Virus record (IMG/VR): IMGVR_UViG_3300031853_000019
Span: 1 to 64,000 of that record
Strand: one strand, 5' to 3'
DNA length: 64,000 nt
From: a virus
Lineage: Duplodnaviria > Caudoviricetes
Below are positions 37,070 through 46,105 of this stretch, one piece after another. Position numbers and translations under genes: made by a program. The notes beneath the pieces were generated by a model that ran no database searches, was not told the origin of the DNA, and saw nothing but the letters and a program-made list of their open reading frames with translations. The first letter of the stretch is position 1; each line of letters starts with the position of its first letter.

Positions 37070-37498
37070 TCAACCCCATTTTTCAATTTCTTCTTTTGCG
37101 GTTTTAATTGCTTTGTTACATTTAGCAATTTCATCATTCAGTTCATTGATCTTTGCTTGTCTTGTTTCTTCCTTCTTATATTTTCTTACTTTGATTTTTT
37201 CAATCTCTTCTTTACAAGCCTTGATTTCATTGTTAAGTCTTTCAATGAAATTCATGTTAAAATCATAGTCACCTTTTGTGTAGACTCTTTCCTTTTCTCC
37301 TTCTCCAATGATAACGCGGTTATCTTCATCTACATAGTAGATATTCTCACAAATCTCGCTATCACGAGCGCCCTGGTCTAAAAGAAACTTCTTTGCGCTT
37401 TCCTTAGTAGCAAAAGTCTTTGTTGTGTATCCACCATGGTCGCAAGTTACAAATCTGTCATAATATGTTGCATCAAATACTCTCATCATTTCTTTCAT
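37070..37498 (-). CDS. hypothetical protein with C-terminal coiled coil
   Basis: ORF track. Confidence 0.7.
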   Translation of the reverse strand: MKEMMRVFDATYYDRFVTCDHGGYTTKTFATKESAKKFLLDQGARDSEICENIYYVDEDNRVIIGEGEKERVYTKGDYDFNMNFIERLNNEIKACKEEIEKIKVRKYKKEETRQAKINELNDEIAKCNKAIKTAKEEIEKWG

Positions 37499-37689
37499 GT
37501 TCGTTTACCTTTAGTCCTTGTGGACTTCCTTTCCTTTACTGTAACTAAAGTATATCATACTCCATCCGGTCTGTCAATAAAAGTTATCAACAAAATAAAA
37601 AAAGTTTTCCACAAAGTTATCAACATCTTGATCCGTCAAATTGCACAAAATTAGGAAAAAATTTTGTGCAATTTTTTTTAAAAAAACAC

Positions 37690-37800
37690 TTGACAAAATC
37701 TGTTGACTATGATATAATGGTTGTTCGATGCGCTTGCGATTCGCACAGCCGCAAGCGCATCGCCAATAAAAAAAATAGCCATCCGCTTGCGCAGATGGCT
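37690..37800 (+). promoter_or_regulatory. promoter-hairpin-terminator unit 12
   Basis: TTGACA 37690, TATAAT 37713; 13-bp stem 37726-37762, 11-nt loop; terminator 37777-37800. Confidence 0.8.
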
Positions 37801-38054
37801 CGATTCTATGCTTCCTTGATGAGTCGAATAAGTGTTCGACATTTCTCTTCATCTCCAATGAAGTCACATTCTGTATAAATCTTTGCTTTGTAGTACATTT
37901 CTGAACATTCTCCATAAACTGCTTTTACACTTCTCATTAAAGATTCAATCATTGTTTTTTACCTTTCAACACTTTTTTGTGTTGTCCTTTCCTTTATCTT
38001 GAATTCATTATAACAAAAAAATGCTTGTTTGTCAAGCATTTTTTTAAAAGTTTT

Positions 38055-38363
38055 TTAGCAATATGATAAACTCATGTTTGACCATTTCAAAACTGAAATC
38101 TGATTACATTCTCTTCCGATTCTCATGGCTTCTCTTTTGGTGTCTACTCTCTTGCTTTTGTCAATGTACCAGATGCCGCCGCTAAACCAGATTCCGCAAG
38201 ATCCATTATAGTCTTTGATCATCTTCATTGCTTCTCTAATATCTGTTGTTTCTTTTCCTTCTGTTGCTACTTGCCATCCGCTTTTGTATGTGATGATTTT
38301 TCCATTCTTTAAAGTTAAACCATCATTGTCTTTGAGTTTTTTGAGTGTTCTAATGTTTATCAT
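38055..38363 (-). CDS. hypothetical phage protein
   Basis: ORF track; AAGGAAGG RBS. Confidence 0.7.
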   Translation of the reverse strand: MINIRTLKKLKDNDGLTLKNGKIITYKSGWQVATEGKETTDIREAMKMIKDYNGSCGIWFSGGIWYIDKSKRVDTKREAMRIGRECNQISVLKWSNMSLSYC

Positions 38364-39224
38364 TTTCTTTTCCTTCCTTTCCTTTTGAGTTAAGAATTGA
38401 TTGATTCAATTCTTAACTCTTTGTAAATCTCAAAACATTCAAGTGTTTCTTTCATTGTTTCAAGCGTTCCTAATTCTACACTTTTCATAACTACTGTTGT
38501 TTCTGTTGAGATTCCTACTAACTGATATTTCATGTTTGGGTTTCCTTTCCTCTTTTGATAAATCAATTATACACCCAAAGATTTTATTTGTCAATACTCT
38601 TTTTGAAAATTCTTGAGGAGAATTTTTTAATTCTCCTCAATCTCTTTTCCGTCCTCGGAGAATGCTTTTCTCGTTCTCTCTCTTTCAAGCATCCGATTCA
38701 TGTATGTGTCCATGATGCTTCCTTCTCTCCAATTCTTGTTAAGATGTTTTAACTGTCTGACCTCACCTTTGAAGTAGTAGTATGTATTCGTCATGGCTTT
38801 TTACCTTTCAAACTTTTTAAGTTTGTCCTTTCCTTTTTCTTGAGTTAATTATATCAAATTGAATCTTGCTTGTCAAGCGAAAAATAAAATTTTTTTAAAA
38901 GAATTTTTTGGATTAATTTAATTGTTTTCTCCCGAGGCTGTCGCACCAGCAGGGAGAGAAATCAAAGGCAGCAGGTCCGGAAGGTAGATAAAAAAATTTT
39001 GGCCCCCGGGTGTATTGCGGGATTGGTAGTTTTTGAAAGTGAAAATGAAATGCTCCCACCCCCACACTCCCAGAAAATGAACCCCAAAATCGAATTCACG
39101 AAAATCCCCACCACCATGATTTTTCGGACAAAACAAAAGGGAAAAAGACTTTCATCTTTCTCCCAAAATCATGCGCATGTATATCCATTTCCAAAACCGG
39201 CTGAAGCGCTAAACGCGCATCAGT

Positions 39225-39758
39225 TTAAAAGTATTTTTTACCTAGCAACGGGTCTTTATTCTTTTTATAATTAATCTTTTCCATGTCCGCGTCAGCGAGA
39301 ACCAGCACCCGATCAGTTTTCATGTAAGTTACAACCATTTTAAGTGCATCCCCGCCGAACACATCAAATATCGCATCATGAACCTCTTGCCATTTAACTC
39401 CAACAAGATGCGGGAGCTGCATAACAATTTTATCAACTCCATCCTTTTGTATTCTTTCTCTTAAATACAAGAGGGCAACCTTAATTGCGGCAATATTATC
39501 AGGTTCATAAAACTCTTTCCTCACTACAAGAGCATAGAAACTTTCAGTTTCTAAACAAGTTCCTGTTCCTTGCCAATTAAATTGCGGGAAAGCGGCCTTG
39601 AGGATGCGTGAGAAGTCTATCTGCGAAGACAATAGGCGAAGATCCCCGCAACAATTAAAATCCGCAGGAACAAAAATTACTGGTTTATATTCAGGCGCAT
39701 AATCATAGATTGTACCTTCTTTTTCATTATAATTAAAATATGGTAAACTCATTATCAT
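39225..39758 (-). CDS. Macro-domain-like protein (Poa1p-like, degenerate)
   Basis: VPADF..C; GTC; ALVVRKEFY..P..I..AL..LRE; KIVM...GVKW.EV...I..VF. Confidence 0.55.
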   Translation of the reverse strand: MIMSLPYFNYNEKEGTIYDYAPEYKPVIFVPADFNCCGDLRLLSSQIDFSRILKAAFPQFNWQGTGTCLETESFYALVVRKEFYEPDNIAAIKVALLYLRERIQKDGVDKIVMQLPHLVGVKWQEVHDAIFDVFGGDALKMVVTYMKTDRVLVLADADMEKINYKKNKDPLLGKKYF

Positions 39759-39880
39759 ACCTCTTTATTTTTCTTTTATTATATCAAATTTTTTCTTTCT
39801 TGTCAAATTAATTAAATCTTCTTGACTTCTCGAAAAATTTTTAGTATAATAATACTATAATATAAGAGAGGAGAAGAGTC

Positions 39881-40978
39881 TTGGAAGAAGAACTAAAACT
39901 AGACAATACTTTAACGACTGCGGAAGAGCGCGTCGAACTAGTTAAAAAAATTATTGAAACTTCACCTCCCGAGAAATTAAATTCTAAATATTTAAATATA
40001 TTAGCCGACTACATAGTGTTGCCGCTTAGCGATCAAGAGAAAAAGGAAAAGAAAATTCTTACCCCTAATCGAATGACTCATATCAAAGAGCGGGAAACCA
40101 GCTTAGAGGGTATGGCGGTTAAATTTGAAACAAGTGATGGAGCACATAATATTGAAACACACTTAGAAGATGCAATTTATAATTTAGCGATTAATGATAA
40201 ACATGTATATTTAACAACAAGAAAATCACCTGTTACTCAAGAAGAATTAGAAAATATACCGGGATTGAAGAAAATTCGAGACCAAATTGATAGTCTTGAA
40301 GAACAGTTCAAGGTCGCGCGGGGACGCACTAAGTATTCTATTAAAAGTAATATAATTGAATTATGGAAAGACTTCCATGAACTTCGCAAAAACTACAAAA
40401 AACCTATTGGATATGCTAAATTAACAAAATCATTAAAAAAATTAGATTTATACGAAACAGTAAAAATAGAAAATCAAGAAATTATCATAGAAGATTCAAA
40501 TATTTCATTATTAATTCCACAGCATATTTCATTCCTATTATGTAATTATTCCAAAATCAAAGAAGATAATCATGGCAATTTTGAAGCGGATATCCTTTAT
40601 ACAATGATGGCGCTTGATGAATTGGCGGAGACCGCTTTGCAAAATAATCCAATGTATAGAGATGTATTAATCTATAAAATTGATGGATTAAAAAATAATG
40701 ATATTCAGCGGGAACTTGAGCAAAAATATGGTTATAGATATTCATGTGAATATATTTCTTCTTTATGGCGTCAAAAGATACCTAAAATGATTGCGGAGCA
40801 AGCTAAAAAAGAATATCTTGTTTGGTATTATACAGAAAAAGAAGTAGGTACATGGAAGCGTTGTAGTAGATGTGGGCAAATTAAATTAGCACATCCTTAT
40901 TTCTTTTCAAAAAATAAAAGCAGCAAAGATGGCTTTTATAGTATCTGCAAGTGTTGCAGAAATAAGAAAAAGGAGTGA
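39881..40978 (+). CDS. hypothetical DNA-binding protein (HTH and C-terminal Zn finger)
   Basis: KNNDIQRELEQKYG...YISSLW; CSRC...ICKCC. Confidence 0.6.
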   Translation: MEEELKLDNTLTTAEERVELVKKIIETSPPEKLNSKYLNILADYIVLPLSDQEKKEKKILTPNRMTHIKERETSLEGMAVKFETSDGAHNIETHLEDAIYNLAINDKHVYLTTRKSPVTQEELENIPGLKKIRDQIDSLEEQFKVARGRTKYSIKSNIIELWKDFHELRKNYKKPIGYAKLTKSLKKLDLYETVKIENQEIIIEDSNISLLIPQHISFLLCNYSKIKEDNHGNFEADILYTMMALDELAETALQNNPMYRDVLIYKIDGLKNNDIQRELEQKYGYRYSCEYISSLWRQKIPKMIAEQAKKEYLVWYYTEKEVGTWKRCSRCGQIKLAHPYFFSKNKSSKDGFYSICKCCRNKKKE

Positions 40979-40982
40979 TTAG

Positions 40983-42281
40983 ATGCCAGCAGTTAAAGAT
41001 ACTAATAAATATTTTTGTGAGCGATGTAAAAAAACATTAGCGGCAGTTAAATTTTATACTTATAAAGATGGTACAAAAGTTGAGTTATGTAAAGATTGCT
41101 TATGCGCACATGTAGATAATTTTGATCCTAGTACATTTTTATGGATTCTAGAAAAGATGGATGTTCCTTATATTAGACAAGAGTGGAACATTTTGCGCGA
41201 TAAGGCTTTCCAAGCAGATCCTAAGAAAGTCGGCGGGGCAGCAGTTCTTGGTCGATATTTAGGCAAAATGAAACTTAAGCAATATATCAATCCTGAAACT
41301 GGTAAAACCTATGGATGGGCGGATTCAGAAATGCTCCAAGCAAAAGCTGATGCAAATTCTACCCCTGAGATAGAAATGACAGAAGAAGAGATTGAAGAGC
41401 TAAAGAAAAGAAATGAAGATTTAAAGATTGCTTATGAAAAGGGTGAAATTTCAGAAGCAGAATATAGAACTTTAGTTCCTACAGAAACTCAGCGGGAAGA
41501 GGCGGAAGCGGGTGCTATAAGCTTTCCTGGGGCACAACCTGCGCCATCACAAAGTGGATTTATTGAAGATAATTTTATTTCAGAAGATGAATTACCTAAC
41601 CCCGCAGCTGAATTAACTGAAGAAGATAAAATTTATCTTGCTATGAAGTGGGGTAGATTATATAAGCCTAATGAGTGGGTTGAACTTGAAAAGAAATATA
41701 CTGAAATGATGGATTCATTTGATATTCAAGATGCGGATTCCCGCAACACTCTAATCTTGATGTGCAAAACAGATTTGAAGATGAATCAATGTCTTGATTT
41801 AGGTGATATTGATGGATACCAAAAATTAGCAAGAGTAAGTGATAGTTTAAGAAAGTCAGGACACTTTACTGCAGCGCAGAACAAAGATAAAGATAATGAC
41901 CAAATTTCTTGTGTTGGTCAAATCGTTGCTTTCTGTGAGCGGGAAGGTGGTTTTATCCCTAGGTTTGTAACGGATGCTCCGCAGGATATTGTTGATAAGA
42001 TTATCGAAGATAGTAATAAATATACTTATAACTTAGTTACTAAAGACCTTGGTTTTGGTCAGCAAATTGAAAATTATTTAAAGAAGATTGCTCTTGAGCA
42101 AGAAGCTAGAGATAATGTTTCAGATGATGCTGAGCCAGAAGAAGTTTTAGATGATGATATTAGAGAATTCTATGAGCGGCAAGCAGAAGACAAAGAGCTA
42201 GATGATAAGAAACTAGATGACAAGGTAACCGCATATAATATGAAAGAGTTAGAGGAAGGTGAAGAAGATGGCGTTAGCTGA
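40983..42281 (+). CDS. Zn-finger protein upstream of terminase (possible small subunit)
   Basis: CERC...CKDC; position immediately before terL. Confidence 0.5.
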   Translation: MPAVKDTNKYFCERCKKTLAAVKFYTYKDGTKVELCKDCLCAHVDNFDPSTFLWILEKMDVPYIRQEWNILRDKAFQADPKKVGGAAVLGRYLGKMKLKQYINPETGKTYGWADSEMLQAKADANSTPEIEMTEEEIEELKKRNEDLKIAYEKGEISEAEYRTLVPTETQREEAEAGAISFPGAQPAPSQSGFIEDNFISEDELPNPAAELTEEDKIYLAMKWGRLYKPNEWVELEKKYTEMMDSFDIQDADSRNTLILMCKTDLKMNQCLDLGDIDGYQKLARVSDSLRKSGHFTAAQNKDKDNDQISCVGQIVAFCEREGGFIPRFVTDAPQDIVDKIIEDSNKYTYNLVTKDLGFGQQIENYLKKIALEQEARDNVSDDAEPEEVLDDDIREFYERQAEDKELDDKKLDDKVTAYNMKELEEGEEDGVS

Positions 42282-44016
42282 TTTAATGGAACTTTCCGCT
42301 AATAAAACTAATCAAAAGATTGGTATTTCAGAAGAGCGTTTGCATGGTTGTTTAGATGAACTTCGTAAAGCGATTGCTTTTTATAGAGAATATCCTGATA
42401 TTTATATAGATACTTGTGTAGAATGCGCGCAAGGAAATGAAAAGAAAGTATTAAAACTATATACTTACCAGAGAGTATTTTTGCGGCAAGCAATGAGATA
42501 TAGACATGTATATGCAGTATATCCTCGTGCTTATTCAAAATCTTTCTTGTCAGTATTAGTTTTAATGCTTAGATGTATTTTCTATCCCGGCTGTCATTTA
42601 TTTGTTACAACAGGTGGTAAAGAGCAGGCTACTGGTATTGTGCGCGAAAAGGCGGAAGAACTTTGTAAACTTGTTCCAGGTCTTGCAAATGAAGTAAACT
42701 TTGATCGTGGTAAATCTAAATCTTCGAAAGAAGAATTTACTTACTTGTTTAAAAATGGTAGTATTCTTGACGTTATGGCAGCAACACAACGATCCAGAGG
42801 TCGAAGAGCTACTGGCGGGTTAATAGAGGAGGTTATTCTAGTTGATGGTACGCTATTGAACGAAGTAATAATCCCTACCATGAACGTAGATAGACTACTT
42901 CCTGATGGTACTCGACATGAAGAGGAGATTATTAACAAGAGTCAAATATACGTGACAACAGCAGGCTGGAAGAATACATTCCCCTATGAAAAGCTGATGA
43001 TGACACTACTTGAACAAGTAACTAAGAAAGAGCAGTCTATTGTAATGGGCGGTACTTGGAGAATACCTGTTGCAGAAGGTCTTTTATCACACAACTTCGT
43101 TCAGCAGTTAAAACTTGATGGTACTTATAATGACAGTTCATTTGGTCGTGAATATGAATCAGAGTGGAGCGGCGATGCGGAAAATGCTTATTTCTCGTCA
43201 GAGATTTTTGATAAATATCGTATCCTTCTTCAGCCTGAATATGAATACAGCGGAAGAAGTAGCAAATCCGCTTATTATGTGCTTGGAATAGATGTTGGTA
43301 GAAAAGGATGCACCACAGAAGTTTGTGTTCTTAAAGTAACTCCTCAGCCTCAAGGTAATTCTATTAAGTCTCTTGTAAACTTACAGTCTTGGGAAGAAGA
43401 GCATTTTGAACAGCAAGCTATTAATATCAAGAAACTCTTTTATAAGTATAAGGCGCGAACTTGCGCTATAGATGCTAATGGTCTTGGTATTGGTCTTATT
43501 GATTACATGGTTAAAAGTCAAATTGATCCAGAGACAGGAGATACACTCCCGCCATTCGGTGTTGACAATCTTGATGAATATCCAGAGTATAAGAAGTTTA
43601 AAACTCCTGATACTGAAAAGGATGCTATGTATTTAATTAAGGCAAACGCGCCAATTAACACTGAAGCACATACTTATGTGCAAACGCAATTATCTAGCGG
43701 AAAGATTAAATTCTTAATAGATGAAACTACTGCTAAGATTAAATTAATGGAAACTAAATTAGGTCAGTCGATGACACCTGAAAAGCGAGCTGAATATTTA
43801 ATGCCTTTTACATTGACTACTAGTTTGCGTGAACAAATGCTTAATTTAGTTGAAGATAATGAAGGTGTTAATATCATTCTTAAACAATCTACTAGAGCAG
43901 TATTAAAAGATAAATTCTCTGCTTTTGAGTATGGACTATTATTCATTAAGCGGGAAGAAGATAGAAGAAAGAAAAAGAAAAAACTTGACATTTCAAATTT
44001 AATGTTATTTAATTAA
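42268..44016 (+). CDS. terL: terminase large subunit
   Basis: PRAYSKSF Walker A-like; GLIEEV Walker B; TTAG motif III; VLGIDVG nuclease; KDKFSA. Confidence 0.92.
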   Translation: MALADLMELSANKTNQKIGISEERLHGCLDELRKAIAFYREYPDIYIDTCVECAQGNEKKVLKLYTYQRVFLRQAMRYRHVYAVYPRAYSKSFLSVLVLMLRCIFYPGCHLFVTTGGKEQATGIVREKAEELCKLVPGLANEVNFDRGKSKSSKEEFTYLFKNGSILDVMAATQRSRGRRATGGLIEEVILVDGTLLNEVIIPTMNVDRLLPDGTRHEEEIINKSQIYVTTAGWKNTFPYEKLMMTLLEQVTKKEQSIVMGGTWRIPVAEGLLSHNFVQQLKLDGTYNDSSFGREYESEWSGDAENAYFSSEIFDKYRILLQPEYEYSGRSSKSAYYVLGIDVGRKGCTTEVCVLKVTPQPQGNSIKSLVNLQSWEEEHFEQQAINIKKLFYKYKARTCAIDANGLGIGLIDYMVKSQIDPETGDTLPPFGVDNLDEYPEYKKFKTPDTEKDAMYLIKANAPINTEAHTYVQTQLSSGKIKFLIDETTAKIKLMETKLGQSMTPEKRAEYLMPFTLTTSLREQMLNLVEDNEGVNIILKQSTRAVLKDKFSAFEYGLLFIKREEDRRKKKKKLDISNLMLFN

Positions 44017-44099
44017 AATTTTTTGGACATTTTAGACAAAATGTTTTTAAGTTTTTTTCATATACTATATAGGTAGTGGAAAGAGGTGAAAGAAAACTA

Positions 44100-44456
44100 A
44101 TGCGTGCAAGTAGAGGCGAAATAAAAATTGAAGAAATATTAGATGCAGCAGGTTTAATATATAAAGAAGAATATAGTTTTCCGGATCTCGTGTCTAGTAA
44201 TGGTCGGCCACTAAGATTTGATTTTGCGGTTTTTGATGATGATGGAGACCTTGATTTTCTTATTGAATACCAGGGTATCCAGCATTATGAACCAAAAGAG
44301 AAATTTGGTGGTTGGTCAGGTTTTCATAAACAACAATTTAATGATATGATGAAAAGAGAATATTGTAGAAAACATAATATCAAATTAATTGCAATTCCAT
44401 ATACCGATGAACATATAATTAATTATGATTATATAATGAGATTAGCTGGTTATTAA
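44100..44456 (+). CDS. PD-(D/E)XK/Vsr-like endonuclease between terminase and portal
   Basis: LRFDFAV...LIEYQGIQHY...D..KREYCRKHNIKLIAIPY. Confidence 0.75.
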   Translation: MRASRGEIKIEEILDAAGLIYKEEYSFPDLVSSNGRPLRFDFAVFDDDGDLDFLIEYQGIQHYEPKEKFGGWSGFHKQQFNDMMKREYCRKHNIKLIAIPYTDEHIINYDYIMRLAGY

Positions 44457-44470
44457 ATTGGAGGATTGTA

Positions 44471-46084
44471 ATGAGAGATATAAGAAAAGAAGCGATAGCT
44501 CAATTAATAACCGGTAACTCTAATACAAAAAACGGATTAATGGATTTCTCAAAGATTAAAGTTGATACTGGCATTTTACATGATGCGGTAGTTACATCTC
44601 CTTTGAAGAAAATTAACTCCATGTATGCTGATAAGAATTATGTTCTTCAAGCTATTAATAGCGGAAATATAGAGAACATGAGAAAAATATCTGATTTCTT
44701 TTATAAAACTAGTGGTATTTATTCAAGATTATGCAGATATTTAGCTTATTTATATAGATATGATTGGTATGTTGTTCCTTACATTGATGGCGGAGATACT
44801 TATCCGCCTAACAGTGATAATGGAGATATATCTTCAAAGAATGTAAATAAAATCTTGGATAGCTTTTTTGGAGTTCTTAAATATTTAGATTCATTTAATG
44901 TTAAGAAGTTCTTAGGAGATACGGCTTTAAAAATTGTAAAGAATGGTTGCTATTATGGATATATAGTCCATTCTACAGATTTTCCTTCCGTACAAGAGTT
45001 ACCCATTGAATATTGTCGATCTCGATATTCTGTTCAGAATCGTCCAGTGGTAGAATTTAATATGAAATATTTTAATGACTATTATCCAGATGAAGAATAC
45101 AGAAATCGAGTATTAAAGTTATTCCCAGAAGAATTTTCAAAAGGATATAAACTTTATCGTCAAGGTAAATTAAAAGGTGATTTTCAGGGTGATACATCAG
45201 GTTGGTTTTTACTTGATCCTGATTGCGCTTTTAAATTTAATATAAACGGGGAAGATATTCCTCTAATGATGGCGGTTATTCCCGCAATTATTGACTTAGA
45301 TGATGCGCAAGAGTTAGACAAGAAAAGAATGGCTCAAAAGTTGCTTAAAGTTATTGTTCAGCAAATGCCGCTTGATAAGAATGGTGATCCAGTCTTTGAT
45401 AGTGATGAAATGCAGTTAATGCATAGTAATGCGGTTAAGATGATTTCTAGTGCTTTTGGTGTAGATGTCTTAACTACTTTAGCGGATATCCAAGTTGCGG
45501 ATATGGCTGATAAAAATACCACTACTACAGTAGATGACTTAGCAAAAGTCGAGAGAGCAGTTTATAATGAAGCTGGTGTTTCACAAATGTTGTTTAATAC
45601 TGATGGTAATATTGCTCTTGAGAAATCTTATGCTAATGATGCAGCCATGATGAGTAACTTAGTTGCTCAATTTGAAGATTTCTTAAATCTTATCATTAAG
45701 AAGTTTAATAAGAGTCCTAAAAAGGTTTATTATCAAGTTCAAATCCTCGGTACTACACAAGATAATTATAAAGAATTATCTAAGATGTATAAAGAGCAGA
45801 CTCAGTTAGGTTACAGTAAGATGTTGCCGCAAATTGCACTTGGTCAGTTACAGAGTACAATTCTTGCTAATGCGTTCTTCGAGAATGATTTACTTAACCT
45901 TGTTACTGTATTTGTTCCTCCTCTTATGTCTAGTACAATGAATGCGGATTCCCTTGCGCAGCAGCAGACAGGCCGTATGAGATCGGGTTTGGGCGACGGT
46001 GAAGAGAAAACTGCCGGCCGCCCTGAGAAGGAAGAAGGAGAAAAATCAACCAAAACTCTTCAAAACTTAGAGAGTAAAAGTTAA
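44471..46084 (+). CDS. portal protein
   Basis: 537 aa after terL; helical; C-terminal GRPEK motif. Confidence 0.8.
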   Translation: MRDIRKEAIAQLITGNSNTKNGLMDFSKIKVDTGILHDAVVTSPLKKINSMYADKNYVLQAINSGNIENMRKISDFFYKTSGIYSRLCRYLAYLYRYDWYVVPYIDGGDTYPPNSDNGDISSKNVNKILDSFFGVLKYLDSFNVKKFLGDTALKIVKNGCYYGYIVHSTDFPSVQELPIEYCRSRYSVQNRPVVEFNMKYFNDYYPDEEYRNRVLKLFPEEFSKGYKLYRQGKLKGDFQGDTSGWFLLDPDCAFKFNINGEDIPLMMAVIPAIIDLDDAQELDKKRMAQKLLKVIVQQMPLDKNGDPVFDSDEMQLMHSNAVKMISSAFGVDVLTTLADIQVADMADKNTTTTVDDLAKVERAVYNEAGVSQMLFNTDGNIALEKSYANDAAMMSNLVAQFEDFLNLIIKKFNKSPKKVYYQVQILGTTQDNYKELSKMYKEQTQLGYSKMLPQIALGQLQSTILANAFFENDLLNLVTVFVPPLMSSTMNADSLAQQQTGRMRSGLGDGEEKTAGRPEKEEGEKSTKTLQNLESKS

Positions 46085-46105
46085 ATATATTAGGAGGCAA
46101 AAGAA

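Noticed and set aside
36955-37137. 60-aa minus-strand ORF from the track
   Set aside because: Spans a promoter and overlaps two better-supported ORFs (37070-37498 and 36897-36995) in other frames
26070-37800. CRISPR array or integron attC array as explanation of the hairpin units
   Set aside because: No identical direct repeats with spacers, and units are about 1 kb apart. Stems are mostly perfect, lacking attC R/L boxes and extrahelical bases, and no integrase or cas gene is in the window.
38972-38984. CAGGTCCGGAAGG, matching the SRP RNA helix 8 tetraloop region
   Set aside because: The following AAGCAGC strand and the long flanking helix are missing; treated as a chance 13-mer
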